From contig JBHLON010000009.1 in NCBI GenBank assembly GCA_048940445.1, forward strand, positions 1 through 64,000: a stretch of 64,000 nt of DNA. The letters are read 5' to 3'. This DNA is from Promethearchaeota archaeon. Lineage in GTDB: Archaea > Asgardarchaeota > Lokiarchaeia > Sigyniarchaeales > SOKP01. Shown here one piece after another: positions 28,816 to 38,608 of the stretch (positions are counted from its first letter, which is position 1; each line of letters begins with the position of its first letter). The position numbers and the translations under genes are program-made. A model generated the notes under the pieces. The model did no database searches and was not told the origin of the DNA. It was given only the letters and a program-made list of their open reading frames with translations.

Positions 28816-29523
28816 TTAATTAATCTTAAGTGAATATTTCTTTAAAGAAATGGATTTTTTAGACATGAGTTCATAGATCTCATGTGCACGTTTCATAATC
28901 TGTTCTTTGCTAATAGGGTCACTTTTTTTGCATTTTTTATATCTTTTTATAGCAATATTTCTCCATTTCTTTTTCCATGAAGGAAATCCTATCTTAACGA
29001 ACCGTTCACGATTAGGAAAATCGCGACAGACCCAATCAAACAAGATAAAATACCTTTGTGCGCCGGATTCTTTCGTTAGATTCTTTGAAGATACTCCTAG
29101 TTTTCGGAGGTGTTGGATATATCTACCTTCCACAGCATCTTGTAGTTCTCCTTCAATAATCGCAGGTTCATAGTATATATTATTCTCATCAAAGTAGTCT
29201 CTAACAAGATCAAAACAATTTCCCCTACATAGTAAAATCCTATCTTTATTGTTATGTTTGAGTTTTTTAAGTGTTTTAATTACTAGTTTGAGTATGTGTT
29301 TTTTCGGACGTGCATCATCCTTATTATCGTCATTATAGAGTCCAACAGGAATTGATTGAAATAATATCTTTCCCGTTTTTGTGTCTCGAAATCCAATAAA
29401 AGCATCTCCAACAAGGTCTCCAGTCCCAGCATCATCAATTTCTATTGTTCTCCCATTCCACTCGCTGGGATTATTAGTGGATTGGCACGACGTCATGTCG
29501 TCACTTTCTATTTTTGTCTTCAT
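28816..29523 (-). CDS. Uncharacterised RNase H-like fold protein
   Basis: TIEIDDAGTGDLVG resembles the RNase HII GxDEAGxG strand-1 motif; start uncertain (29544/29523/29496). Confidence 0.55.
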   Translation of the reverse strand: MKTKIESDDMTSCQSTNNPSEWNGRTIEIDDAGTGDLVGDAFIGFRDTKTGKILFQSIPVGLYNDDNKDDARPKKHILKLVIKTLKKLKHNNKDRILLCRGNCFDLVRDYFDENNIYYEPAIIEGELQDAVEGRYIQHLRKLGVSSKNLTKESGAQRYFILFDWVCRDFPNRERFVKIGFPSWKKKWRNIAIKRYKKCKKSDPISKEQIMKRAHEIYELMSKKSISLKKYSLKIN

Positions 29524-29598
29524 TATGAATTTAAATGATTGCACTCATAAATAAATTGGGATTTCGAACTACAAATGAAATAATTCCATTCTTAAGTA

Positions 29599-30387
29599 CT
29601 ATTTTTGGTTTATGATTTCTTGAATAGAAATTTCAGGATGGTGATATCTTCCTGCTTTTAAAGTATCATTTCCAAATTGGATCGCCTGTTCTGGGCAAAA
29701 ATGCATACAAGCTAAACATAGTTGGCATTTATGATGCCATTTGGGGGTTCCATTTATTATTTTAATATTATTTACAGGACATACCTTTTCACATATGCCA
29801 CATCCATTACAATTTTCAGTAGCATAGTATGATTCATCCATTTCATTAACTTCATTACGAAAATTCTTGTTAATTCTCGCATTTCGTTCTATTATTTTTT
29901 CAAGAATTTCTTTATTTAAATTATCTTTTTTTTGCTTGATCATTTCACTGATTGATTGAACTTGATTAGGCACTTTATCAAACAACTTTCTTTTGTGCGC
30001 CTCTGATGAGACGTTATATCCCATAATATAGTTATTAGGCATATTTATAAAGAAGCCAGAATTAAGCTTCTTTCCTTTTATTTTTAAAGCATTATTAATT
30101 TGTTGAAATGGAAATTCATTTTTATCTTCTGCACTTGTGATAACAGAAAAAAAGTATTCGGATTTATAAGGAGATAATTTCTCCAGAAAGTTATATACAA
30201 TTTGGGGTAATCCAAAATAATAAAGCGGAAAAATAAATCCAACATTTTCGGTTACAGATTCTATTTTTTCGGTTTGTCCTGTTTTAGCAATAGGTATAAG
30301 TTCGCAATCTCCTAGATTCTCTGCAAGAACTTTTGCAATATTTAGTGAATTCCCTGTTCCAGTAAAAAAAAATATAGTAGTATCCAT
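29599..30387 (-). CDS. EFR1-family flavodoxin-ferredoxin fusion
   Basis: FFTGTGNS, MPNNY, CNGCGICEKVCP, CQLCLACMHFCP, RYHHP; ATG at 30387. Confidence 0.9.
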   Translation of the reverse strand: MDTTIFFFTGTGNSLNIAKVLAENLGDCELIPIAKTGQTEKIESVTENVGFIFPLYYFGLPQIVYNFLEKLSPYKSEYFFSVITSAEDKNEFPFQQINNALKIKGKKLNSGFFINMPNNYIMGYNVSSEAHKRKLFDKVPNQVQSISEMIKQKKDNLNKEILEKIIERNARINKNFRNEVNEMDESYYATENCNGCGICEKVCPVNNIKIINGTPKWHHKCQLCLACMHFCPEQAIQFGNDTLKAGRYHHPEISIQEIINQK

Positions 30388-30735
30388 TAATAAACACCAT
30401 AAAAAGTATTTAGAATATATAAAAAAATGAATCTTGCCCATTTATAGTTTAGAGTTTTGAACTTCATTTGAACTTAGACTTGAATTTTAAATAGAATAAA
30501 ATTAAATAGCAGGAAATTCGATCAAACTCCAAAAAAAATATGCAATAATTAAATTTCAATAATTAATTTTTTCTTATTGCTTTTACTCAGAATTTTATAA
30601 TTAAATTGATTTATGACTTTTTTATAAGCTACTTACCAGTAAATCCAGAATTTGTCTCTTTTGATATAGAAAACTTTTAAATTAAAAATGTCCTAACATT
30701 TATTTAATCCAATATTTACAATAAAGTGAAATCTA

Positions 30736-33700
30736 ATGAAACAAAATTATTTTAGATTAGTCATATTTTTAATTCTCATTACATTGTTTACGAATCCGAT
30801 TTTCTTTTTATCGTTCTCTGGAATAGATAAAAAGTCATTTTCTTTAATTAATGAGACACCTACTTACTTTGATACCAGTAATGGAGCAGATTATTATCAT
30901 TTTAAGGTAGGTACCATAAATGAGCCCTATACTATTGACCCCGTTGACGCATGGGACAGTGGGTCTTATAATGTATTAAAACAAGTGGTTGAAACCTTGT
31001 TTGCGTACGATTTGAACGATCCAAATCTTCCTCGGATTAACAGGCTAGCAGAGTCCTATTGGTGGCTCGATACAACCACGCTTCAGGTTAAACTTCGAGA
31101 AGGAGTACTATTTCATGATGGGACGCCCTTTAACGCCTCAGCTGCTAAATGGAACTTTGATAGATTGTTATACCTAACTAATTGTAGCGGAACTAATACG
31201 GGTAATGTTACCGCGACTCAAACCTTATGGATGCTCCCTGATGGGGTTACGCCCATTATCAGCGATGTCTCCGCAGTTGGTGATTGGAACATAACCATCA
31301 CGCTCAATGCTCCTTATGCTGCCTTTATAGACCTCTTATCCTTTATTAATGCTGCAATGCTCTCCCCAACCAGTACTTCAACCAATCAATTAATAGATCT
31401 ATCCTCTGGACAAGTTATAGGAACAGGTCCATTTAAATACGAATACTATTTAAGCGGGATAGAAGTTTACTTCACAAGATGGGATAATTATTGGCAAACT
31501 CCCGCTTTTTTTGAAGAGATGTCTTTTATTTTTTTCCCTGATTCACCCACCCTAAATAATGCTATGCTAAGCTACGATATCGACTACTTATTAAACCCAT
31601 TATACGCATTCTTCCCTTCTTTTGATGCCGATCCCAACATTACTCTAAAAAGATATAGTGACGACACTGGTAAAACGGGATTTACTTATTATTTTTTAGG
31701 ATTTAACAACCAACTTTACAATGTTACTTGGAGAAAAGTTATGTCTTTAGCTATAAACTACACCTATATGTTAGATGAGATACTAATTGGTAATGCAATA
31801 CGAGCTAACTCACCAATTTCTCCAAGCTTTGGTGATGCATATAATGCGTCCGCCATGGCTGCTAACTTCGACATCGCAACAGCGCGATTGATAATGCAAT
31901 CGATGGGATTCGGTGTGGGGTTTACCACAGATGCAGAATGGATCGCTCAAGCTGAAGGATCTTCACCTTTCTTAACGCTTAATTTCACCTATAATCTAGG
32001 AAATGTGATCCGAGCAGATATGTATTCAATGCTAAATAATGATTTTAAGCTTCTTGGAATTAAGTTGGAAGAAGCTGCTTTATCGTACTCAGATTATATT
32101 AATCGCCTCTTTAATATAGATGATGGTTGGAACAAACTTTGCACTTTCATCTCTGGATGGATGCCCGACTATTTGGAGCCTTACAACATGTTATATCCAT
32201 TATTTACTCCTGGTTCTCTTGGTAACCCAGGTCAAGTAGATGACCCATGGTTAAATGCTCAATTAGCGCTTGCTATTAATACTTTGGACGATAACGCGAG
32301 AAACGATATTTATAAAGATATTCAGTCGTACTTGGCAGAAGTCGGATATTTTCAAGCTCCTTTATATCATCCTAAAATATATTTCGTTCATTTGTCCGAT
32401 ATACAAGGAGTACCTTATCACGCTTTAGGGGAACTTTACGCATATCCAATCCATCGGGCGTTACCAAGTACATTTTTATTATCTTCGGATGCTGGAGTCC
32501 CTGACAACGATGGTAATTTTAACATTAATTGGACAGCATCTATGGGAGCAACAAATTATTCTGTGTACGAATATTCGAGCTATATTACCGAGATAAACGG
32601 AAGTTTAACTTCTTTAGCCGATGAAATTACAGATCTCGGACTTTATCTAAGTGGTTATCCAGACGGAACATACTATTTCATTGTTGTCGCTCATAATGAA
32701 TACGGGGATACACTCTCAAACTGTATAAGTGTAACGGTTGCTCTTCCTTTGAACCACGATTTAGAGGTGGATCTTTTACTCCCGTCATCCATTGATGTCA
32801 ATATGAGTTACATTATTTATGCAATGGTGGAAAACATTGGTCTAAACGACGAAACGGGCGTACAATTGTTTTTATACCTTGATGAAGTGTTAGTTAATTC
32901 CACTCCTACCTTTGATTTAGATGTTGGACAGACTGTTATCATCCAATACAACTGGACTCCCTCAGAATATAGGGCTTATAACTTTACTGTTTACGCTCCA
33001 CCAGTACCTCTTGAATCTTATGTGGATAATAATATCCAAACTAGGTTTGCGTATGTAGTAAAAGCCGGTTGGTTAGATGGTTTGTACATTACTCATCGTT
33101 TTGGTCAAATGGGGGCGTTTTACGAGACGAACTTCAGTTATGTCCCTTATATAGGGGGGTTGTATAATGAATCTTTCGAAATTGCGGGTATGGTAAACTA
33201 TACATGGCAAGTTGATCCTCAAACAAGAGTAATGTCAGGAGGGTCATTGTTCGGAGATGGTTATCACACGCCTGCGTGGATTTTCACTAATACTTCTCTT
33301 TATGATATTATCCCAATAGCGGTCGACGGTGATGGAGACCACGATTTTTATGTAGCACGAGAATTTCTGTATGATCTTTCCGGATTTGGTCTAGTAGAAG
33401 TATGGGAACTCGAAGATTTAACTGAACCTGGAGGCCTCGCTTGGTATGAGAAGAGCACAGGAATTCTATTAAATGGTACGTTCTTTTACGGAGGAGGTGT
33501 GTACTATTATGTTTTCGAATTTGTTGATACCAATGCAAACTTTAAGTATATAGTTTTTGATCATGAGATTAAAGTCTTCCTAGATATCCCATCAATCGTA
33601 GAAGCTAACAATTCCTACGTTATTACCGCTACAGTCATAAATAATGGTCTATATTCCGAAGCAGACGTAGAATTATTCCTATATCTCGATAAAATACTTG

Positions 33701-34755
33701 TAAACTCAACTATAATACCTAGTCTTGGCGTTGGCATGAGTCAATCCATCGAATATATATGGACTCCCACTGAATATAGAGCGTATAACTTTACTGCGAT
33801 AGCCCCTGCTGTTCCATTGGAGTCATACCTCGACAATAATAGGATAACTAATATTATATACATAATAGAGACGAAATTATTTGATGGATTGTATATAAAG
33901 CATATTTTCAACCTTATGGGAACCATTTATAACACAAATGTGACATATAGTTATTATAACGGCAGGCTATTCTATGAAACTTTGAATCTCGAATATATGG
34001 GGATGACAATGGCTTATCCGTGGATGGTTGACGCGTTAACGCGAGTAATGTCAGGGGCTTCATTATTCGGAAATGGTCAGCATAGCCCATTTTGGTTATT
34101 TACCGATATTTCGCTTTATGACACCATCCCGATAGGAATCTTCGGTGAAGGAGACCATAACTTTTACGTTGCAAGAGATTTGATCTATAACCTCCCAGGA
34201 TTTGGTCCAGTGGACGTATGGGAACTCGAAGATTTAACTCAACCCGGTGGACTTGCGTGGTATGAGAAGAGCACAGGAATTCTATTAAGTGGTACATTTT
34301 TTTTTGGAGGAGGTGTAGGTAATTACACTTTCGATTTTGTTGATACTAACACGAATTTAGCCGTTGTGGAATCACAACCTCCCGGAAATTTCACCTTGTC
34401 TTCGAATGCAGGTAGTCCTGATACGGACGGAAATTTCGATCTAGTGTGGACGGCGTCTTCCGGAGCCGATGATTATTCCATTTATCGCAGTTCTAGCTTT
34501 ATTACAACAATTACTGGGAGTTTAACTTTATTAGCAGACGATATTTCCGCTCTTAGTATGGCATTAAGCGGCTATGCAGATGGCACATACTATTTTATAG
34601 TGGTTGCACACAATAGTATGGGAGATACTCTTTCAAATTGTATATCGGTCACGGTATCTAAACCAGGAATTCCAGGTTATAATGTTATGGTCATTAGCGC
34701 TGTGCTAGGTATTACTGTAGCTCTAATTATTAAAAAAAAGTATAGAATGAAGTAA
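30736..34755 (+). CDS. Family-5 ABC substrate-binding protein fused to FN3/CARDB-like repeats and a Loki-CTERM-type anchor
   Basis: IDPVDAWD, LREGVLFHDGTPFNA, GTGPF, GWMPDY.EP; repeated C-terminal modules; IPGY + TM + KKKYRMK tail. Confidence 0.88.
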   Translation: MKQNYFRLVIFLILITLFTNPIFFLSFSGIDKKSFSLINETPTYFDTSNGADYYHFKVGTINEPYTIDPVDAWDSGSYNVLKQVVETLFAYDLNDPNLPRINRLAESYWWLDTTTLQVKLREGVLFHDGTPFNASAAKWNFDRLLYLTNCSGTNTGNVTATQTLWMLPDGVTPIISDVSAVGDWNITITLNAPYAAFIDLLSFINAAMLSPTSTSTNQLIDLSSGQVIGTGPFKYEYYLSGIEVYFTRWDNYWQTPAFFEEMSFIFFPDSPTLNNAMLSYDIDYLLNPLYAFFPSFDADPNITLKRYSDDTGKTGFTYYFLGFNNQLYNVTWRKVMSLAINYTYMLDEILIGNAIRANSPISPSFGDAYNASAMAANFDIATARLIMQSMGFGVGFTTDAEWIAQAEGSSPFLTLNFTYNLGNVIRADMYSMLNNDFKLLGIKLEEAALSYSDYINRLFNIDDGWNKLCTFISGWMPDYLEPYNMLYPLFTPGSLGNPGQVDDPWLNAQLALAINTLDDNARNDIYKDIQSYLAEVGYFQAPLYHPKIYFVHLSDIQGVPYHALGELYAYPIHRALPSTFLLSSDAGVPDNDGNFNINWTASMGATNYSVYEYSSYITEINGSLTSLADEITDLGLYLSGYPDGTYYFIVVAHNEYGDTLSNCISVTVALPLNHDLEVDLLLPSSIDVNMSYIIYAMVENIGLNDETGVQLFLYLDEVLVNSTPTFDLDVGQTVIIQYNWTPSEYRAYNFTVYAPPVPLESYVDNNIQTRFAYVVKAGWLDGLYITHRFGQMGAFYETNFSYVPYIGGLYNESFEIAGMVNYTWQVDPQTRVMSGGSLFGDGYHTPAWIFTNTSLYDIIPIAVDGDGDHDFYVAREFLYDLSGFGLVEVWELEDLTEPGGLAWYEKSTGILLNGTFFYGGGVYYYVFEFVDTNANFKYIVFDHEIKVFLDIPSIVEANNSYVITATVINNGLYSEADVELFLYLDKILVNSTIIPSLGVGMSQSIEYIWTPTEYRAYNFTAIAPAVPLESYLDNNRITNIIYIIETKLFDGLYIKHIFNLMGTIYNTNVTYSYYNGRLFYETLNLEYMGMTMAYPWMVDALTRVMSGASLFGNGQHSPFWLFTDISLYDTIPIGIFGEGDHNFYVARDLIYNLPGFGPVDVWELEDLTQPGGLAWYEKSTGILLSGTFFFGGGVGNYTFDFVDTNTNLAVVESQPPGNFTLSSNAGSPDTDGNFDLVWTASSGADDYSIYRSSSFITTITGSLTLLADDISALSMALSGYADGTYYFIVVAHNSMGDTLSNCISVTVSKPGIPGYNVMVISAVLGITVALIIKKKYRMK
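32755..34356 (+). repeat. Intragenic tandem duplication (about 0.8 kb x2: 32755..33540 and 33562..34356)
   Basis: Both copies contain WTP.EYRAYNFT..AP.VPLESY.DNN and VWELEDLT.PGGLAWYEKSTGILL; DNA near-identical in blocks such as tggtatgagaagagcacaggaattctattaa. Confidence 0.9.
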
Positions 34756-34880
34756 TTCTCCATTATAAATTCTTTTTTTTTATTTTAAAATGAAATGATA
34801 GATTATGTTTTTCTAATCATTTGTTAGTAAATATTTATATTTTGATTATAAATAGAGAAAAGTGGAAGGAGTTTAATATG

Positions 34881-35633
34881 TTAGTTACTTCCCCTCTTTC
34901 CAATAACTCCTACATAAATAGCTGTTTCAGTAACCCCATCGATTCCAATTGACTTGTTTATCTCATCATCATAAATGGCCCCTATAGTACAGGCTCCTAA
35001 CCCTAGAGCCTCAGCAATCAAATAAAAATTTTGACCAATATGACCTACATCCATATAAATATAACGATAACATCTCTGAAGATATTTCCATTTAGATCTT
35101 TCAATGATAGCTGTCCATACAATATTTAAGGCAGAATTAAACGCTAATTGTTGATCTAAACACCCTCTCATAATTTCAGACCGGAAATCTCCTTCCCTTA
35201 ATAACTCAACGCTATGATTTGGTATGTTATAATGATAAATTCCCCTCTCGATACCTTCAACATTATTGATCACTGGGTAAGTTTCAATGGGATACAAGCC
35301 TCCTGCTGAAGGGACTGTTCGAAATGCAAATTGTGGGAAAATTCGAGTTAGACCTGTTATCCCAAATAATAGAAGACTTAATTGTGGCAGCGTAATTGGA
35401 TTATTTTTAAACTTTCGAATAGACTTCCGATTTAAAATGACATCCCAAAAGCTTATTTTTTTATCAAATTTTGGTGTGGGTAATTTTATAATTCTTACTG
35501 CATCAGGGTATGATTTATAGGTTTCAGGTTTATTTATCCAATCTAATCTATGATGAGGCAATTTATCGCGGAAATATTTTGATTTTTGTTGAAACTTATC
35601 TCCGTATGCATCTAGATTATTGTTCATATACAA
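34881..35633 (-). CDS. SagB/ThcOx-type nitroreductase family dehydrogenase
   Basis: RKSIRKF, RTVPSAGGLYPIE, DVGHIGQN, GAIYDD. Confidence 0.9.
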   Translation of the reverse strand: MYMNNNLDAYGDKFQQKSKYFRDKLPHHRLDWINKPETYKSYPDAVRIIKLPTPKFDKKISFWDVILNRKSIRKFKNNPITLPQLSLLLFGITGLTRIFPQFAFRTVPSAGGLYPIETYPVINNVEGIERGIYHYNIPNHSVELLREGDFRSEIMRGCLDQQLAFNSALNIVWTAIIERSKWKYLQRCYRYIYMDVGHIGQNFYLIAEALGLGACTIGAIYDDEINKSIGIDGVTETAIYVGVIGKRGSN

Positions 35634-35743
35634 TTAGATTAACAGAACCTTAAAAATTTTAATTTAATATATTAAAAGAAAATTAACTAATGATATCTAG
35701 TCTATTGCTAATCCTTATAAAATAAAGTAATTTAAGATAATTT

Positions 35744-36142
35744 ATGGCTAAAAAAAAGAAAAATCCCATAATATTTGAAAGAATGTACTTTCAACTAAAA
35801 GTAGCTGATATTGAACGAGCGAAAAAATTTTATGAGGAAATCTTCAACTTTGATCTCTCTTGGTATATGTCTCCCGAGGCTGGCTGGTGTGAATTTGATT
35901 TACCAGGTGGAACTCCAAGACTTGGGTTAAATACTATTGCAGAAGGTGAGAAGGTTATTCCTGATTCTGGTACTTTTACAATAGAGGTACAAAATATAGA
36001 ACAAACAAAAAAATACTTAGAAGAAAAAGCTATTGAAACTTCTGAAATAACTGACATACCAAATATGGTTTCTTACTTCAATATGACGGATTCAGAAGGA
36101 AATAGAATTCAGATAGTATCTGAACCTAGGATTAAAGAATAA
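35744..36142 (+). CDS. VOC / glyoxalase family protein
   Basis: VADIERAKKFYEEIF and DSEGNRIQI. Confidence 0.88.
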   Translation: MAKKKKNPIIFERMYFQLKVADIERAKKFYEEIFNFDLSWYMSPEAGWCEFDLPGGTPRLGLNTIAEGEKVIPDSGTFTIEVQNIEQTKKYLEEKAIETSEITDIPNMVSYFNMTDSEGNRIQIVSEPRIKE

Positions 36143-36170
36143 TCTAATTTCATCAATAGCGGTTTTACCT

Positions 36171-37391
36171 TCATTGAGCTGCCAGCATTTCCATAAAAGC
36201 TTCAAGACGAGTTAATATTTGACCATATGAATAATTCCTTTCATCGATGCAATCAACATCAAGATGAATCAGTGGAACCCCTACTTTTTGAAGCGCTTCT
36301 TTAAATAATACCCTAGCACCTGAGGATTGCCGACAACCCCAATGTGCAGGGTTAATTGCACCATCTACGTTAAATTCCTTTGCTAATTGCGTAAGTACCT
36401 TAAGCCGGCGTTCTACAGGACCAACTAAGGGGTGAGTAATTACTCGATATGCAAGACTCCTTAGAGGGTCGTTATTATCTAGATTATCCCACCAAATGTG
36501 ATTTAATTCATCGATTACTACATTTGCACCATATTTTTCCTCCAGAATATCTAAAAGGTCCGTTTTAAACTGTATTCTATTCTGAATCCAAAGTAACCGA
36601 TAATTCTCTTTTGGTAAACCAAATATGTTATTATTAATTCTATTTTGAAATTCATCTCGATAAAGTTTAGCAACTTCAACTCCTTCCTTGGTTCCTAAAA
36701 GAAGAATAAAAATTATAAAATTTTTTAAATCATTAGAAGTAGAAGGACTGGGAACATGTTTACAGAGTTCCTCTACCTCTAATAGATATTCTCTAGCTTG
36801 ATTATTATAGTCTATGGTATGCTTAAGTTTCTGATAATCTAATTTACGTCCCGTATTTTCTTCAATATAATCGATCATTTGTTCATATTGTTCAACTAAG
36901 TAATCCACAGATTTAGAGGTTATTTCAATTGGAATATTAAGAATGAATACCTCCTTATTGAAGATTTCACCTATGCGCTTTAATGCTTTTACACCACCAT
37001 TACATGGGATACTTGCTCCTATAAGTATCTCCGGTTCAGGAATAAGACCATCCATGGCTGCTCCTATTATTGTTCTGTGATATGAGCAACTATCTGTAGA
37101 ATAGCCTTTACTTTCAGCTAGTTCAAAATATTTTCGAGCCATCCCAGTTCCAGAAAGCATTGCTCCAAAAAATTCAACAAACATACCTGAAACATTCATA
37201 GAGTTTAAGATTTCGTATGGTACAAAAACGGTTGTCCATCCAGTGGACCAATCATCATTAAAAATACGAGAACCGATACGAGCTATTTCATATACAAATT
37301 TTCTACGAGCAGTTAATTTTGACTCCATCTTTTGTTTTAGAGCAGACTCCAGTTGGAAAAAATACTTTTTTAATATATTATGATCAACCAT
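36171..37391 (-). CDS. 2-hydroxyacyl-CoA dehydratase / benzoyl-CoA reductase family subunit (HgdA/FldB-like)
   Basis: GYSTDSCSYHR, PCNG, HWGCRQ, DVDCID, TRLEAFMEML. Confidence 0.87.
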   Translation of the reverse strand: MVDHNILKKYFFQLESALKQKMESKLTARRKFVYEIARIGSRIFNDDWSTGWTTVFVPYEILNSMNVSGMFVEFFGAMLSGTGMARKYFELAESKGYSTDSCSYHRTIIGAAMDGLIPEPEILIGASIPCNGGVKALKRIGEIFNKEVFILNIPIEITSKSVDYLVEQYEQMIDYIEENTGRKLDYQKLKHTIDYNNQAREYLLEVEELCKHVPSPSTSNDLKNFIIFILLLGTKEGVEVAKLYRDEFQNRINNNIFGLPKENYRLLWIQNRIQFKTDLLDILEEKYGANVVIDELNHIWWDNLDNNDPLRSLAYRVITHPLVGPVERRLKVLTQLAKEFNVDGAINPAHWGCRQSSGARVLFKEALQKVGVPLIHLDVDCIDERNYSYGQILTRLEAFMEMLAAQ

Positions 37392-37400
37392 AGTTGACTA

Positions 37401-38465
37401 TCACATCCCTTTTTTTAACATCTCTGAAAATGCCTCAATTCTAGTCTTTAATTGGTTAATACTTCCTAGCGTTCCATCACTCTCAATAAATAATACATTT
37501 AATCCTTCATCCATCAATATTTCTTTTAATTTTGGTACATCATATAAATATGTATCACAAAACTTCAATGAATGATGAATAATTCCATTAACCTTGAACT
37601 CTCTGGACTTCATTATCAAATTCTCTGCTCGTTTTTCTACTTTCATCATACGTGCGCAGGGAGTCTTATATAAATAAGCCTCACTCAACGAACTTAAAAG
37701 ATCTTTAGATTTCCTTATATTTAGATCAAAAAATTTACCTCCAGAGCAAACATCCTCAAATACAACATTTAAATCACAATCTTCAATGAACGAGATGAAA
37801 TCTGTATCATGAATGGGACTTCCTGACAAAAGTACTCTAGGTTTTTTATTTTCTGGAGAAGTATTATTCCGAATTTTTAGTAATTTTTCATTTGTACTTT
37901 TATTCCATAATTTTGGATCTGATTTAAAGAACTTAGTTATTAAGTTATTAACTTCACTTCCTCTTATCAGAGGTGGATTGTCCAACCTTAAAGAATTAAG
38001 TTTATGAAATAATAATCGAGATTCCATAAATAAATCTATAGATTCTTCAAGTACCTTATCTTGAATAAGATTTGATGTGTATTTTTCCAAAGCAACTTTT
38101 AATTTTTCGAATTCCTCTCTAATGTACCTTAACCCTAAAGACGAATAACCCATTGGTATGTCAAAGATATAGATAAATTTTGAAGGAATGTATCTTTTCC
38201 AGAGATCATAAAGTCTTCTCATAGCATCACACGAATTAACAAAAATTACACCTTCAAGAAAATCATACCCTCCTTCTATTGCTACATCCACAGTAGATCT
38301 TACGAATTGACAAAAATTCGTATGGATATATGAGTCAGCATCTACTACGGGATTTGAATGGCCCACTATACGATAAGGTAGAAATCCGGCAGCATATATC
38401 AATTCCAAAGGAGTATATGAACACACCCATCCCATTTGAGGTTTTTCGGAAGTATTAATTTTCAT
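37401..38465 (-). CDS. 2-hydroxyacyl-CoA dehydratase family subunit (HgdB/FldC-like)
   Basis: CSYTPLELIYAAG, NSCDAMRR, KFCD, QLKTRIEAF. Confidence 0.87.
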   Translation of the reverse strand: MKINTSEKPQMGWVCSYTPLELIYAAGFLPYRIVGHSNPVVDADSYIHTNFCQFVRSTVDVAIEGGYDFLEGVIFVNSCDAMRRLYDLWKRYIPSKFIYIFDIPMGYSSLGLRYIREEFEKLKVALEKYTSNLIQDKVLEESIDLFMESRLLFHKLNSLRLDNPPLIRGSEVNNLITKFFKSDPKLWNKSTNEKLLKIRNNTSPENKKPRVLLSGSPIHDTDFISFIEDCDLNVVFEDVCSGGKFFDLNIRKSKDLLSSLSEAYLYKTPCARMMKVEKRAENLIMKSREFKVNGIIHHSLKFCDTYLYDVPKLKEILMDEGLNVLFIESDGTLGSINQLKTRIEAFSEMLKKGM

Positions 38466-38608
38466 ATTTTTTACTTATCTTAACTTGAATCCCCTAATCT
38501 ATGAATAAAAATTTATACTAAATTAATAATTTTAGTATAATTTTATTAGAAAATTATTAATAAAAGTTGTAACAATAGATTAAATTATAAATTAAAAAAG
38601 GTGCAAAT

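Noticed and set aside
33340-34300. Near-identical DNA blocks as a diversity-generating retroelement TR/VR pair or CRISPR repeats
   Set aside because: Both copies are in-frame parts of one CDS, differences are not adenine-specific, and there is no reverse transcriptase, cas gene or spacer periodicity.
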